Origin: Ginglymostoma cirratum
Taxonomy: Eukaryota
Assembly: GCA_024137785.1 (NCBI GenBank)
Contig: JAHRHZ010000100.1
Coordinates: 2,937,427 to 3,001,426, forward strand
Direction: 5' to 3'
Length of the DNA: 64,000 nt
Below, piece by piece: positions 62,675-64,000 of this stretch. Every line of letters starts with the position of its first letter. The first letter of the stretch is position 1. A program made the position numbers and the translations under genes. The notes under the pieces are model-generated. The model was not told where the DNA came from. It did not search any database and worked only from the letters and a program-made list of their open reading frames with translations.

Positions 62675-62764
62675 CAATAACAGAAATTGCTGTAGAAACT
62701 TAGTAGATCTAGCAACATCTGTGGAGAGAAAGTAAAGTTAACATTTTGGGTCCAGTATCCTTCA
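62675..62764 (-). mobile_element. Neptune-type PLE terminus
   Basis: aacagaaattgctgtagaaact...catctgtggagagaaagtaaagttaacattttgggtccagtatccttc. Confidence 0.7.
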
Positions 62765-63594
62765 AGAGACATGAGTTTTTGTTGTTCTCTGCTATTGTTT
62801 TCAGCTCAGGTATACTACTGCACTATTTTTTTTGCTATTCACCTAACACTCTGTAGAAAATAATACCTTGTTCTCTTTTCCCTCACTAAGGCATTCTGAG
62901 TATATGGATGTAATGATAGCTCATTGTCAATGTGTGCAAAGAATCTTACCCTCTGTATTGATACAACAGGAAATATCATTTTTGATCCAGTATACAACAC
63001 TATCGAAAAGAATCTGTTTGTATGGAATCTGTTTTCCAGCAGCAATCCTGCTTGGCATTGATCATGTAGTGCACTTGATTTCCTCAACTCTTGAGCTGAT
63101 ATTGACATATGAAATTACACACGAGCAGGAACCACAAAGATTTTGACTCTGTGTTTTTCACACTGCAATTCATACTGCCATGCTTAGTACTGTGTTTAAG
63201 CAAAGTCTTAATGAGTGATTAATAAGGTAATGGGAAAAGCAATGGGTTTGAGAAAGAGGAACAACATCTGAATCAGTTAGCTTTTGAGCTTAATTAGTAT
63301 TCTCCCCATCTTTTAACACCCAGAAGGAGAAAGCAGCATTAGCAGAAACAGACACTTCAGTTGTATATTCCATTAATTATTCTCGCTGAAATCACTGGTA
63401 AAATAAGCAGCTGCAGCAGAGATCGCAGATTGAACCCATTCTGGATTGCAAGTCGCAAAATGACTGAAGTGAACTAAAGCAATTGATTTTTTAATTGACA
63501 GCTTGCTCTCATGTTCTAGCACTTCAATCTTGGCAAGTACTTGAGTACGGATGTTGGTCAGCGAGCATAACAAATCGAGAACGTACACTCTAAC

Positions 63595-63730
63595 ACATTG
63601 CGGGCATTGGAAATCTGAAATATAAAGGGAAAATGTTGAAAAAAATCAAACCAGCAGCATCTGTAGCAGTAGAAAAATCATTAACATTTTAGCTTTCTCC
63701 TGCTGAGTATTTCCAGCATTTTCTATTCTC
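63595..63730. mobile_element. Old inverted pair of PLE termini
   Basis: ggaaatctgaaat...gcagcatctgtag is followed by the inverted cctgctgagtatttccagcattttct. Confidence 0.55.
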
Positions 63731-64000
63731 AGTATCAGCTTCCTGGGTCAGTGACTTAAACCAGTGAAGAGATCAGATTGAGGAGTTTTTTTTACACTTG
63801 TTGTCCTCTTTCTATTTTGGTAAGTGAGTTAAAAATTGTTTCAATAGATGAGCATAATTGTGGGCAGTGTGTTCCAGGTTGAGCAAAACATTGACCAATT
63901 TTCACCCAATTATAAATAGCTCAGGTAGCTTGTGTTTAATAGAAATGAAATGAACAACTCCGTCTCATATTGGTTTGCACCTCACAAGGCTAATGCTTCA

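Noticed and set aside
1-64000. CRISPR array, prokaryotic operon or host exon chain
   Set aside because: The repeats are dispersed retroelement termini rather than regularly spaced. Every ORF with recognisable motifs is TE-derived. Short host exons could have been missed by eye.

Overview
AT-rich vertebrate DNA dense in transposon relics. The repeat content (HE1/V-SINEs, HER1-type CR1 LINEs, Tx1, Rex1/Babar, RTE, Gypsy, Harbinger and two Penelope-like clades) points to a cartilaginous fish, probably a carpet shark (inference). I found no convincing host protein-coding exon, so the window reads as a large intron or gene desert with several CNE-like AT-rich islands. The strongest signal is a set of hammerhead-ribozyme (HHR)-bearing Penelope-like element (PLE) termini. 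About 17 short Neptune-type termini are present, most with CTGAnGA-stemII-GAAA-CG-TH remnants, and many start at or inside the ribozyme. The Poseidon-type copies include one fully intact HHR core (48787-48826). Several insertions are fold-back (inverted) structures bracketed by 10-18 bp target-site duplications (TSDs), one with a perfect micro-hairpin at the inversion point. All calls were made by eye; no database search was run.
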